64,000 bases of DNA. Source: the human T2T-CHM13v2.0 reference genome, Homo sapiens. Each line of letters begins with the position of its first letter. Position 1 is the first letter of the stretch. Below are positions 13,406 to 25,574 of the stretch, piece by piece. A program made the position numbers and the translations under genes. The notes under the pieces are model-generated. The model made no database searches. It was given only the letters and a program-made list of their open reading frames with translations, and had not been told where the DNA came from. The stretch is from assembly GCF_009914755.1 (NCBI RefSeq), contig NC_060932.1; one strand, given 5' to 3'.

Positions 13406-14333
13406 TCTAATTTCTTTTCCTTTTTTTTACTCAGTGTGACTAGCAACTTGTAAAATAATATGCCCTTTTCCATGTTTCAGAACATGATTGATTTTATTAC
13501 ATAGTTATATAATAAACATGTTTTCATTGAAATACTTTTTTATAATGTACATTATATTGAGTATTTTAAGTTGGGTGAGGCTTAAGGTTGGATCTATAAA
13601 ACTTTGGTTGTGGTACTGAAGATAACCTTAGACTACACTGCAGCCTGACCAACCGCCACCAGATTCACCATCTGATACAGCTGTGTTACAGTTATCATCT
13701 GTTGTTTCCAAAGCTAAAATTTCCTTCTCAAACTGTGGCTAAAACGCAACGTTTGATGATTGTTTTCCACCCACTTCAGCATTTATCTTTGATCCTATGG
13801 CAAACTTAAAACTTTTTTTGCCAATAATATGACAAAATTGTATTGGGCATCATCATCAGTAACATCAGACTTTATTTCAGTGAATAAAGATGAAACAGCT
13901 GCTTTATTGTCCAGCTCAGCCCTCATGCATTCAATAGAGGATCATAATATTTTCCAGCTTTCTCTAACTAGTTATTTTTCTGTGCTTTCTGAATATGCTA
14001 TGGATATCTTTTGTCAGACAAAACGTAGAGATTTTCAGTATTCTTCAAAAAAGTTGGACTATCCATATTAACATGTACATAATCAGTTTGTAAAAGTATG
14101 TTTCTAAAAACATAAGGATTTTTTTTATAAGGATCCATTTTATAAGGATAACTTTATAAGGATACTTTTCCATTTTTTGAAAACATAATTTTCAAAGTGA
14201 ATTTTAATTTTAACTTGCTCTTTCCATATTATTTTAATACTTCTTACTAAAACTTACATTTTCTGGGTACTTACAGGCTCTTTGGTTTTCACTCAGAATT
14301 TTAATTTAAAATTTAAGTGGATAAGCATTGCTC

Positions 14334-14391
14334 TGTGTGTGCATGTGTGTCTGTGTCTGTGTGTGTGTGTAAGAGAGAGAGAAAAAAAAAA
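14334..14391. repeat. Compound (TG)n-(AG)n-poly(A) microsatellite upstream of exon 21
   Basis: Directly visible: tgtgtgtgcatgtgtgtctgtgtctgtgtgtgtgtgtaagagagagagaaaaaaaaaa. Confidence 0.85.
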
Positions 14392-14562
14392 GCGGGGCTG
14401 TGGGGACAGATGAGGGAGGGAGAGATTGATTGATTTACAATAATGAAGTCTCAGCCCCAACTTGTGAAGGACTGTCCTCAGTATTGCCATGTTTAACCTT
14501 TGCTGCTTAAGAAATAGTGAAAAACTAAAAACTAAAAAGGTTTTCATTTTGTCTCTTTCCAG

Positions 14563-14710
14563 CAGCCTGTGGTAGCTGTTCCTCTTGTTATGCCAGTTTG
14601 TAGAAGGAAAGAGGATGAGGTGTCTATTGGAAGTGCCCCCTTGGCAAAGCAGCAATCATATCAGGCCTCTGAATATGCCAGCAGCCCTGTAAAAACAAAA
14701 ACGGTAACAG
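14563..14710 (+). CDS. VPS13B: VPS13B internal coding exon (148 nt, phase 0 to 1; probably exon 21)
   Basis: Acceptor ttttgtctctttccag|CAG and donor CAG|gtatgt. Translates QPVVAVPLVMPVCRRKEDEVSIGSAPLAKQQSYQASEYASSPVKTKTVT, with phases matching both neighbouring exons. Confidence 0.96.
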
Positions 14711-14715
14711 GTATG

Positions 14716-15174
14716 TGTCAAGTACTGTAAAGGGACTATGATTGTACTCTACTTCTAAGCTAGCAAGTTAGCATCCACAATTTCATGGATGCTGGCCAAA
14801 GACATGAGACTCATTGAGTGGAGACAAAGAACTTTATTATCCACAACATTAGCAATAATCACAGTATTAGCATTTTTTTGTGTTAGTGCCCTGAGCCCAG
14901 TTTCCATAAGGTGGCATGAAGAGGGCCAAGAATTCTGAATTTAGGGAACTTGAACCTTTTATAATGGATAGAAAGCATGCCTGCCCTATTCTCCAGAGGG
15001 AGGCGCTGTGTCTCCTTTGCAAGGGTGTGAGCCCACTTGCCCTTTGCACAGAAGCAGGATCGTATTTCTATCTTCTGAGACTGTTCGCTATGCAAATATC
15101 CTTAAAAACACAGTAGGGAACAATGACAATCACCACCTCTACTTAAAAGACCCATAGAGAATTATCTCTCAATA
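14716..15174 (-). mobile_element. ERVL solo LTR (MER73/MER74/MER88/LTR53-like group)
   Basis: Minus strand starts TATTGAGAGATAATTCTCTATGGGTC (recalled consensus TGTTGGGAGACAATTCTCCATGGGTC) and ends CCAGCATCCATGAAATTGTGG...CAGTACTTGACA. 5-bp TSD GTATG at 14711-14715 and 15175-15179. Confidence 0.85.
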
Positions 15175-17929
15175 GTATGTTCCTTCTTTAAGTGAATTCT
15201 TGAAAACGACAGTACACCTTAATCATCTTTCCTCCCCTTTCTCTCATACTCTCTGCTAGATCTTCTATGTAAATATAAAGTATAACTATCCTTCTATAAA
15301 ATAATTTATTTCCTTTTGTGTAATAAAAAGAATTTTACATATATAATTCATCAATATATAATTAAAAAAATAATTTTTATGATTTTATTTTGTGATTTGT
15401 TTTTTCTTCTTAACCTCTAATTTTTATGATGATTGGCTACTTTTCTTTGGGTAATTTTATGTCTTTTCTTTAGCTTTATTTCTTATAACGCAGATATTCC
15501 CAACCACATTGATAAAGATTTTATAGTTTCAGTAAATCAGAACCATCTATCAAGTCTGTTATGGGCAAGACTCTGTTCTAAGTGAAATTGAGGGCAGAAA
15601 TATTAAGAAGATCCCTACCCTTAAAGAATTTAAAATATAATCATATATGCAAGGAAATTCAAATTAGCTATTGTAGTATTTAAGTCGTATTTAACAACCA
15701 AAATGCTAAAATAAATTTGTTTATGGTATTTTATACATAAGTATTATTATTTTGTGCTTTATGATTTTTCCTAAAATATGACATTAATTATGTTTATTTT
15801 GTGGAATCATTAGTCTTCCACCTGTCCATAGCCACAAGCCTTTTACTTTGTTGAGATTTTATCAATTGACAAAAATGCCTGTGCCTCATTTTGTATCACA
15901 AAAAGATTATATAGTTTGTGTTGAGTTTTGATTATAAAATTAAATATTCTTTCCTTTAAATGTCATGTTAAGTTTAAGAGTTAGAGTTTAGGTTTTACAT
16001 AAAGGTTTATAATTGAGCTGTTAATTTACATAAAGGTTTATAAACATCACCTTTTAGTTAAGAAAATAAATGTCCATTAGTGAAAAAAAAATGGTAAGAA
16101 TTACCTTACATGCATGTAAACCATATATTTAAAATAATGGTTAAGGATAATTAACGGTGACAGAAAATGCTTATAATGTAAATGAAAATAGATGATATAG
16201 AACTATTTAGAATATGCAATCACAGATTTTGAAATGCATCTGTATATGCGTGGAAAAGTTTATATGTAAACTCATACCAATCACATATCAATTCATAAAT
16301 GATATCAGTTGATCTGATAATTATTTTGCCTTCTTTATTATACTTTATGTTTTTATAAGAAATTAATAATTGTTAGTGAGGGAAAATAAGCTGAAAACAT
16401 AATTTCTCATCATTAATTACTTTATAAAATATGAAAACATAAACAACACATTTTTTTAATTTTAAATTATTAATCTGAACTATGGTTCTTTTCTTTAGAA
16501 TTAAGGATAATTGCATTTTATGTCTTTGGTGTTCCCCCACCTTTAGAACCATCAGATATCCTATAGATATTCTTCTTATAGATAAGGACATTATTATTTC
16601 ACCAAATGTATATTCTTACTCAAGCTTGCATAAAAATTAATAGGCATCCAACTAATGCTTGTGATTGCCCTGTTTGGTGACTGTGAGCAGTCACCAAAGG
16701 TAAAAGGCCTTGAGTATAACATTTATTGTTTATGAATTCTATTTCTTTCCCTTTGGGTGCCCACTATTTTTAATTCTCTGGGGAACTTGGCAGTGGTACT
16801 CTTCTTGATAATACTCTGTCCTAAACATTTTCTTTACCTAGAATTATGTTTTAACACTTTGTTTTATTTTTAATTAAAGGATACAGTCTTCTTTTTTAGA
16901 ATAAAAATATATTTTATGATTTCTTAGAGTGAGTACATACATCTAAATGTAGTTATCAATCACTGTTTTAATTATTATTTATATTGCATCATAAATTATA
17001 ATGAGTTTGTTAAGGTATTCATAGTCTTTTGCACATCTGCCTACCTTTTTTGGTTGTTGGTTTTTGTTTGTTTTTTAACCATCTTAGCCATTTTCAGTAG
17101 CATTAGGTATAAATCAGTAGCATTAGGTATAATCACATTGTTGTAAAATACACATTTTATTTTTTAACTACATGTTACAGTGGAGAAATGTTAATGTTCA
17201 TTTTATTTCTGAGTTCTTATTAAAATTATTTTTTAAATTTATATCATCACAGCCTATGGTCCAATGTTGATTTTAAGTTCATCCCCAACAAGTTATATAT
17301 AGTGGTTTTGACACATGAATACAAAGACCTGCTGATACTGCACTGGGTTTGATTTTGCTTTTTAATTATTCAGTTAGAAGCAGACCTTTTCCTCTTCCAA
17401 ACTCAGCCAATGTTAAGTGGCTGGCTACAGGGGGACCTGTGCTTGATGGCTCGGAATGTGTTAACAGCAGAATGCCACTATTTCAATGATATAGTCATGT
17501 AGGGCAGACTGAGCCAGAATAAAAACTTGCTGTTCCACATGAAGATAATCTATTATCACAGAATTCTAAATAATCTTCCAGAGAATCTGTATATCCTTCA
17601 AAACAATGAAACCCCTAAGAGCTATGCCATTTGTTTACCCTAGGTTTTGAAATGTTATAAACCTTAATTTGGAATTCTTGATGAAAATGTCTGTGATGGA
17701 GATGAAAACTTAACAAGCAGAATACTCCATAAATGATACTTAAGAGATATAAACCATTTTATCTTACAAGTTTATATATTACTTCTCACGTCAACATAAT
17801 AAATACAGTTAAAATAATAGAAGCCTTTTAAATTTAAGACACCTTGACTATTGCTAAGATAGTAATAAATGAAGACATGTGATAATGATGTAGATTTGGT
17901 AGATAATACTATAAATTCAAAATATAGAA

Positions 17930-19110
17930 CTTTAGCTTCTGGCCATGATAGAGTAACAGGGTTTAGATTTATATTCCTGCTGTAAACAACTAACAAACTG
18001 GATAAAATATATGGGGAAAATTCCCCAGTTTCTGGACATTGGACAATAGGCAGTGCAGGAGTGTGATTCCTCATAGAAAGGAAACAAAGGTGAGTCCTAG
18101 GATTTCCCTAGCTTTCTGCCTCAAGGCAAGTTTCTGAATACAGGGCAGAATAGGACATCTCAAACTGAGCTCAGCAGTCTTTCTGAGTTGTAGAGACAGG
18201 AACTGAAGTTAAGGGAGGCAGAGATGACTAGAAATTATGGAATAAAATTCCAGAGATGAAGAAAGCTATGCAGAGAAAGAGCCCCTGGGAGCAACAATAG
18301 AGTTCTTGAGAGTTTGCTGAATAGCAAGACATGAATGCATGGCGATGAGACCTCACAGGGTTTGGCAAGGAATAACCTCGGAGCTACGATCTTAATGATT
18401 CCCATCCTTACACAGGGTGGAAGGCATTGAAGTTCCTACTGTCCATCATATATAATTCTCATTGGTTATTTAGGACATTCAGTGGAGACCAGAAGGTCTA
18501 GGCCTCAGTAGTGGGGCTAAACTATCTATAGAGTAAAGGCTACCCTAGACTCACCTTAAACAAGCTTGTAAATCAGCCTCTGAAGGAAACAAAATAGTGA
18601 GTAACTGTTACTGTTAAAAGGAATACAATACTATTGTAGCCCAACATCATTAAAAGGAATACAATAAGATGGAGACATACAACAACTTAAATATAACAGT
18701 GCCAAACATTCAATAAAAAATTACTAGAGGTGCAAAGGAGTGAGAACTACAAACAGGAGAGAAACTAGCCAATAGAAATAGGCTGAGAAATGACACCAAT
18801 GATAGAATTAGCAGGTATATTAAATACCTATATGTTAAAACAGGTGTCATAACTACGTTGAGGTATTTACAAGAAGTTGGACACATTGAGGAGAGAAATT
18901 GAAAATATATAAAGAGCCAAACTCAATTCTACAGATGAAAAATAAAATATCTGAAATAAAAAAATTTAGTGGAATTAGATGTTGAGTAGTAGATATTGCA
19001 AGAAAAAGAAATTAATTAACTTGAAGACATAGTGATGGAAACATGCCAAAATGAAGCACAAAGAGAATAAAGGAAAATAAATGTACAGAGCCTTATCGAA
19101 CCGTGGGATG
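17930..19110 (+). mobile_element. Old L1M 5' UTR/ORF1 fragment
   Basis: L1M4/MD-type 5' motifs (GCTTCTGGCCATGATAGAGTAACAGG, AAACTGGATAAAATATATG) followed by A-rich decayed ORF1-like sequence. Confidence 0.7.
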
Positions 19111-19324
19111 ATAATTAATTATGGTTGTGAGGGTAGGGCTCACTGAAAGTTCACATTTGACCAGATACTTGAAGCAGGAGAGGGAGTGAGCCATGTAGAC
19201 ATCTGTGGATAAATGATTTGGAATTATCTATGTATCTGTATCTATATGTATACATATATATATATTTAGAAATAAATGATACACTGTAACCCTTTCATTT
19301 TATAATTAAGACTATTGAGTCACA

Positions 19325-19480
19325 AAGAGGTCAAGCAACTTATCCAAAGTTAAAAAGATATTTATTGAGACTTTTTAAAAATTGAAATTGCCAGACTATA
19401 GGAAGAGATCAAGCAACTTATCCGAGGTTAAAAAGATATTTAATGAGACTTTTTAAAAATTGAAATTGCCAGAGTATAGG
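19325..19480. repeat. 78-bp tandem duplication (2 copies, 5 mismatches)
   Basis: 19325-19402 versus 19403-19480, compared base by base. Confidence 0.95.
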
Positions 19481-20145
19481 CACTTTGCGATTATTTCCTT
19501 CTTCCACTCTGAATATTTCCTGCTTTCTTTCTTTCATGGCATTGGCAGTCCTGCAAATCAGGTCTGTGCAAATTTTGTCATCTACTATTTCATCTCTAAT
19601 ACCTAATATATAGCCAGCCAACTTCAGTGTGTTTTTTTTTGCTAAGGAATTACTCTAAATTTGCAGCCCTGTCCCGTGGCACTAAGATAGTGAAAGATTT
19701 TGCATCAGAGTTACCAAGATAGATACTACTGGGAAGCACCTTTTATGATCGTGTTTCATAATGGCATTGATGGTTCCACCTTTCTTTATTTGAGTGCCAC
19801 TTCACTGATGCACAGTTAAGTTCCTGGATGAGACTCAAAAGTGAAACACTACTGTTGGTATATATTTTTTGGCCTTGATATATCCTTAAATATATTCCAG
19901 AATACTAAGGCTTCTACCAAAATGAAAAAAAAAATGATCCTTCAGATGTTTCCATTTTTATCAGGCATATGGAAAATCTATCTTTTATGCCTAGGTCTCC
20001 AAGAGAAGTAAATATGAAAAATCTTGAAATCTTAAAAAGTACATTGTTTATATTACAGATAATAAAAGGCTTTAGATTATTGTTACTTGTTTTTAAAGAA
20101 TCTGTCTTTGGAGAATCATCTTTGGTTATTGAGTAGAATATTTCT

Positions 20146-20448
20146 TCTTTATTTATTTATTTATTTTTTGAGACGGAGTCTCACTCTGTCGCCCAGGCTG
20201 GAGTGCAGTGACGTGATCTTGGCTCACTGCAACCTCCACCTCCTGAGTTCAAAAGATTCTCCTGCCTCAGCCTCTTGAGTAGCTGGGACTACAGGCACGT
20301 GCCACATGCCCAGCTAATTTTTGTATTTTTAGTAGAGACGGGGTTTCACCGTGTTGGCCAGGATGGTCTCGATCTCTTGACCTCGTGATCTGCCCGCCTC
20401 GGCGTTCCAAAGTGCTGGGATTACAGGTGTGAGCCACCACATCTGGCC
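20146..20448 (-). mobile_element. AluSc-like
   Basis: Full-length antisense Alu. Perfect 16-bp TSD TGAGTAGAATATTTCT at 20130-20145 and 20449-20464. Confidence 0.95.
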
Positions 20449-20534
20449 TGAGTAGAATATTTCTAATTACATTTTTTTGCTGACCTCATTTCAAGGTGTA
20501 ATATTTTAAATTTATGCCGAAGTTTAATAATATA

Positions 20535-21012
20535 TTGTTTAGGCTTAAGTTTGGCTGAAAATATCAGACTACTCTAAATAACAGTGCTTTAAACAAGATC
20601 CAATTTTGTCTCTCATTAGAAAGTTTAAGCACGCACCCTAAAGCTATTATGATCTTTCAAGATCAGGAAGCTTTTTATTCTACTTTGAGTGGCCTTCATT
20701 GCCAGGCTTTCCTCATGGTTCATGATGGTGGCTTCAGCAGTTAATCAAGTCTGCATTTCAGTGAGCATAAATGAGTACAGTGAAAGAAAAAGGTGCTTTC
20801 TGCCTCATTAAGCACTACCCAGAAGTTGTACACCCCATTTTGTTTATATACTCTTGACTAGAAGCTAGTTACATGGTCCTGTCTAACTGCATAAGAGGTC
20901 TTGCAAATGTAGTATGTAATCTTTAAGGCCATGTACCTGGCTACAACTTGTATGTTCTAACTAAGAAAGAAAGGGAGAGTGGATAGTAGAGATTATTTAG
21001 CTGCTTCCACCA
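20535..21012 (-). mobile_element. MLT1 (J-like) MaLR LTR
   Basis: MLT1 antisense motifs AACAGTGCTTTAAACAAGA, TAGTTACATGGTCC..CTAACTGCA and GGCCATGTACCTGGCTA. Confidence 0.7.
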
Positions 21013-21907
21013 TAGTAACTTAAAATGGAAAATCAAAAGCTGAATTTTGGAAAAAAATAGAGAATAAAAATATTTTCCTTTTAGTATGCACATCACAAGA
21101 CAAAGCTGGTTAAAAAAATGTTTTTAGTGTTGCTTAGATATTTCACAGTAAGAGATATAGACTTGGGAGTCATCAACATATGGATCATAGTGGAAGCCAC
21201 AGAGTGGTTGAGATTTCTCAGGAGACCATACAGAGCAGGATGAGAAGAGAGTGCAAAATTACATTCAAAGGAACTCTTTAATGGTAGAGTAAGGAGAAGG
21301 AGCCAATGGAGGGAGTTCAGAAGCATGATTATGAGAAGTAGGCAACAAAGCTACATGTATATGTGTGACACAATTCCAAAGAGTTGCAAGAAGAAGGTGC
21401 ATGACATGCTGTAGAATCATCAAGAACAATGAGGCTGAAAAATAGGCTGTTAGTCTGTGGTCAGTTGGCCAGAGGACCTTTAGTTGTTAAGGAATGGATG
21501 TGAATTGAAGAAGGAGGGACAACCTATGTACACCAATCATTCAAGAAATTTGATTATATAGTCACTTGGGGTATGTGTATAGCAATAGAGATGTAAAGAG
21601 ACAAGGAGACAAAATTGGAGATACCACAAAGGCTGAGGATAATTTATACAGTGAGATCATAGGTAAGCAAGATATAAAACCCATGCACAGATGTGAGACT
21701 TAACGATCAGGAAAAATCATTTCTTCTTTAAGACAGAGGTAAGAAGATAAGACTATGTATCATTATATATTCATTTAGTTATTTTTCTTTCCACAAACAA
21801 GTATTTAGGTGGGACAAGTATTTTTTTTTTTTTGCACTGTTTTAGAGAATCTAAGAGATCAAAAAATGTATAATTTTCTCATGACAAGCCTCCTATTTTT
21901 CTCATAC

Positions 21908-22006
21908 AGGGAACCAGTTTTTCAGGTTAACTTTGGAATGCCCTGGCTGAGAAGAGGGGTTCATTCAGATGGTTAGCGGGCCCTAAAATTTTATTTTTTC
22001 TTTACA
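21908..22006 (-). mobile_element. MER4-group (MER39/MER34-like) LTR 5' fragment
   Basis: Reverse complement reads TGTAAAGAAAAATAAAATTTTAGGGCCC...GGGCATTCCAAAGTTAACCTGAAAAACTGG, matching the recalled LTR start. Confidence 0.7.
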
Positions 22007-23669
22007 AATGTCATTTGAAAATATTAAAGCATGAAGGTAGACACTATTATATAATATGCAATTTATTTTATCAGGGATAAAAGATGGTTTTAAAAAATTT
22101 TACTACTTTGGAACAGAAAAAGGTTGAAAATAAAATAAAGTCTATCTAATGAAGTACATCTAAAGTAAAATAACTTGAAAATGTAATTCAGAAAGTCGTC
22201 AGAGAATTTAATGAAAATATATGTTTACTAAGTTGTTTTGTACATTGTAAGAAAAATTATTTTTATTTCTAAATCAAAATTCAAGGGAAAAAAGTATTAG
22301 TCTGCAGAGCTTAAAATGATATACAAAGTTAAAATTATTTCATAATTTGTTTCTGCACTATTCTAGGTAATCAGCATAATTTATAATTAGACAATATTTC
22401 TAAGATTAATTTTCTAAAGGACTTCAACAGATGCTAGATGATTATTTGATATGTTACCCATATTGTAGATGATTGTAGCCGTAGACTTCATTTCCTTAAC
22501 TCTGTTTTTTTAATGTTTCATGTTTTATGAAGGTAATAGTTTATGAAGATGATAAATATGAATTATCTCTGATGATAGCTATCACTTTCATAAACATGAA
22601 GCATCCTTCGGTCATCTCATGACAATCTTTTATAGCCGTATCTATCAAATGCATTACTTAGTTGACATTTACCACATATTTGAATTTCTTGCATTGCTAG
22701 TGTTCATATGAAAACTCCTGAAGTGAATCATTAGCTCATAAAGAGATGTAATTACACTTTATTTAGTATGTCTCCATGTGTGCCGTGCGGAGTATTTTAT
22801 CATTGGTATTTGATGATTAATTCTAACAAAGTGTTCAGTTTGTTAAGCAGACTGGGTTTATCTATTTTTATTTTTAAATATACTACACTTTATTTAACAT
22901 ACATATAATGTCCTATCTTGTTGGATCGTTTTCTTGAGAGAGTAGCAATTATTCCATATTTAATTTTTAAAAAATTCTTGGTCCTTACATCTTTGGCTCA
23001 CTTTTTATTTTTCTAGGATTGTAAAGCAGATTTATTTGTGTATGGTTTCTTCTAATGTGTTCAAGTTTTGCTTTCTATTTTTACTTTGAAGGTAGAGCAT
23101 AGACTTCATTAAATTTTCTCAGAAGAGAAAGCTTTAGAAGGTAAATTATGTTGAAAAATTGCTTCTACTTCTGTACCCTATTGGAGTTATTTGACTTCCA
23201 TTACTGTTAGCACTACCTCACTCCCGTCCCACTTTTGAACATGCTGGCCCAAACTTGGAACAAAACAACAAAAAGAGGGAGGGGGAAATAAGAACCCCCA
23301 TCCCCACCCCAAAACATGGTTTCTTGGTTTCCTTCAGCACAGCTGAGGCAGGCTAACATTTTGTTAAAAGCGTTACTGAATACTAAGAAGGAATAAATTA
23401 GAACAAATACAGAAAACATAAACTATTTAAAAATAGTTAACCCTAAAATAGTAGTCTTCAATTGTTTTTCTTAGTGCACGCCTACCAGTAATTTTTTGAG
23501 CAAGCATCCATAGTAGTTATTGATTTATACATTAACTATATGTATCACTATTTAATGTAATAAAGCGTGTAAGGTTATTTTAATTTTATTATTATTTAAG
23601 TTGTACTATTCAGATGGAATTTTAATACATCAGTAATGTTTCAGTGGGTATAATATTGCATGGTATTAC

Positions 23670-23976
23670 TTTTTTTTGTTTTTGTTTTTGTTTTGTGGCG
23701 GAGTCTCGCTCTGTCATCCAGGCTGGAGTGCAGTGCGCAATCTCAGCTCACTACAACCTCCACATCCCGAGTTCAAGCAATCCTCCTGCCTCAGCCTCCC
23801 AAGTAGCTGGGATTACAGGTGCCCACCACCACACGTGGCTACTTTTTGTGTTTTTTAGTAGAGACAGGGTTTCACCATGTTGGCCAGGCTGGTCTCGAAC
23901 TCCTGACCTCAAGTGATCCGTCCATCTCGGCCTCCCAAAGTGCTTGTATTACAGGCGTTAGCCATTGTACCCAGCC
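23670..23976 (-). mobile_element. AluS (Sx/Sz-like)
   Basis: Full-length antisense Alu. TSD TG(C/T)ATGGTATTACTTTT at 23657 and 23977. Confidence 0.95.
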
Positions 23977-24587
23977 TGTATGGTATTACTTTTTAAATAT
24001 TTGTTTAATACTTTGTTATAACAACTTATAAGTTTAATTTTTAATTAAGTTTATTCCAATTGTTGGTTTTAATGGCTGACATAATTGGAAAGCTGCCTCA
24101 CTGAGATACATCATATTGAAGAGATGAAAAGGGCATCATTGACTGTACTCAGGATACTTATTTTTCAGTCCCATCTATTTTGCAAAGGTTTGCTGACATA
24201 AGGCTAGTAAATTTTCATCTTCCTTGTAAAATGAGTTATTTCAATTTAATGGGATAGTATTGCCTTTTTTATTCAAATAAATTAGTTTTGTCTTTAATCC
24301 ATATTTTTGAGTGTGTTTTACAGGAATATTTTTAAAGTGTGTATACAGGTTATGAGTATTAATTTAGTTAAAATAATAAAATTTTTAAACCTGATTAACT
24401 GTACATGGTAAATTGTAATATGCCACAATTAACTGAAAACAAATGAAGGATTGAAGAGCCCTTGGCAATTCTTTCTTGTTGTTGAGTGTTCCTGTTCCTT
24501 TGTATACTTAACATAGTGTTATCTGTGGCCTTCTGACATGAGGAAGGACTCCAATGATAGTCTACTGTATTAAATATTAATAAACTA

Positions 24588-24971
<384 letters not shown>

Positions 24972-25115
24972 TCAGGCCAGGAACACCCTATGGGTGTTCT
25001 TGTAGCTTTGTGCACCACATATTTTGGAGAATACTGTTGTGTTGGAATGTTATTATCTGAAAGTTTAGCATTACCTAGAGAAAACCTCTCATGTAAAGTT
25101 CAGATATGATTATCC

Positions 25116-25574
25116 TGTGGTGCAGATTCACTGTGCAGTGGTTACCAACTTGTCCAGTGAGACAGAACACACTCACATGCAGTGAGTTACATGAAGCAGA
25201 TTTATGACTATGCTCACAGGCATCAAGGGACAATAGAAGCCTAGGATTCAGTGTGATTTGTCCCCTTCATGTCCCCCAGACTCCAGAAAGGTGCTCAGGT
25301 TAAATGGTGTCTCATCTGTGTATGCCGCACTTGCACTACACCTGAGGGTCCCTGGAAGACATCTCTCTCTGGGTTTTATATTCCATGGTGATATGACTTG
25401 CTGGCTAAAGCATTACAGTGTACTGTTTCTGGTCGGGACTGGAACAGAACTTGAGCTGTTTTGGTCAGTCCCTTCCTATCTTAAGATGTTGTGTTGTACA
25501 ATTATTCTTAAGAACTACAAGTGAAAAAAGGAGGAGAACTGGGTGGTCCAAGGCCACCAGAGCACTGTCCTGCA
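25116..25574 (-). mobile_element. LTR47-like ERVL solo LTR
   Basis: Minus strand TGCAGGACAGTG...GGTGGCCTTGGACCACCCAGTTCTCC to CAAGTTGGTAACCACTGCACAGTGAATCTGCACCACA. Flanks TATCC/GATCC form a 5-bp TSD with one mismatch. Confidence 0.85.

Noticed and set aside
14293-14655. Antisense 120-aa ORF overlapping exon 21 (likewise 54524-54769 over exon 22)
   Set aside because: These are shadow ORFs opposite coding exons that run into microsatellite or intron sequence, with no independent gene signals.
15994-17132. Short direct repeats (19 bp at 15994/16025; 20 bp at ~17094/17114) as an array
   Set aside because: Only two copies each, unrelated to one another; ordinary slippage duplications, not CRISPR-like or a regular array.
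17415-17440. CTCF-like motif GCTACAGGGGGACC
   Set aside because: Several mismatches to the core consensus; cannot be supported without ChIP data.
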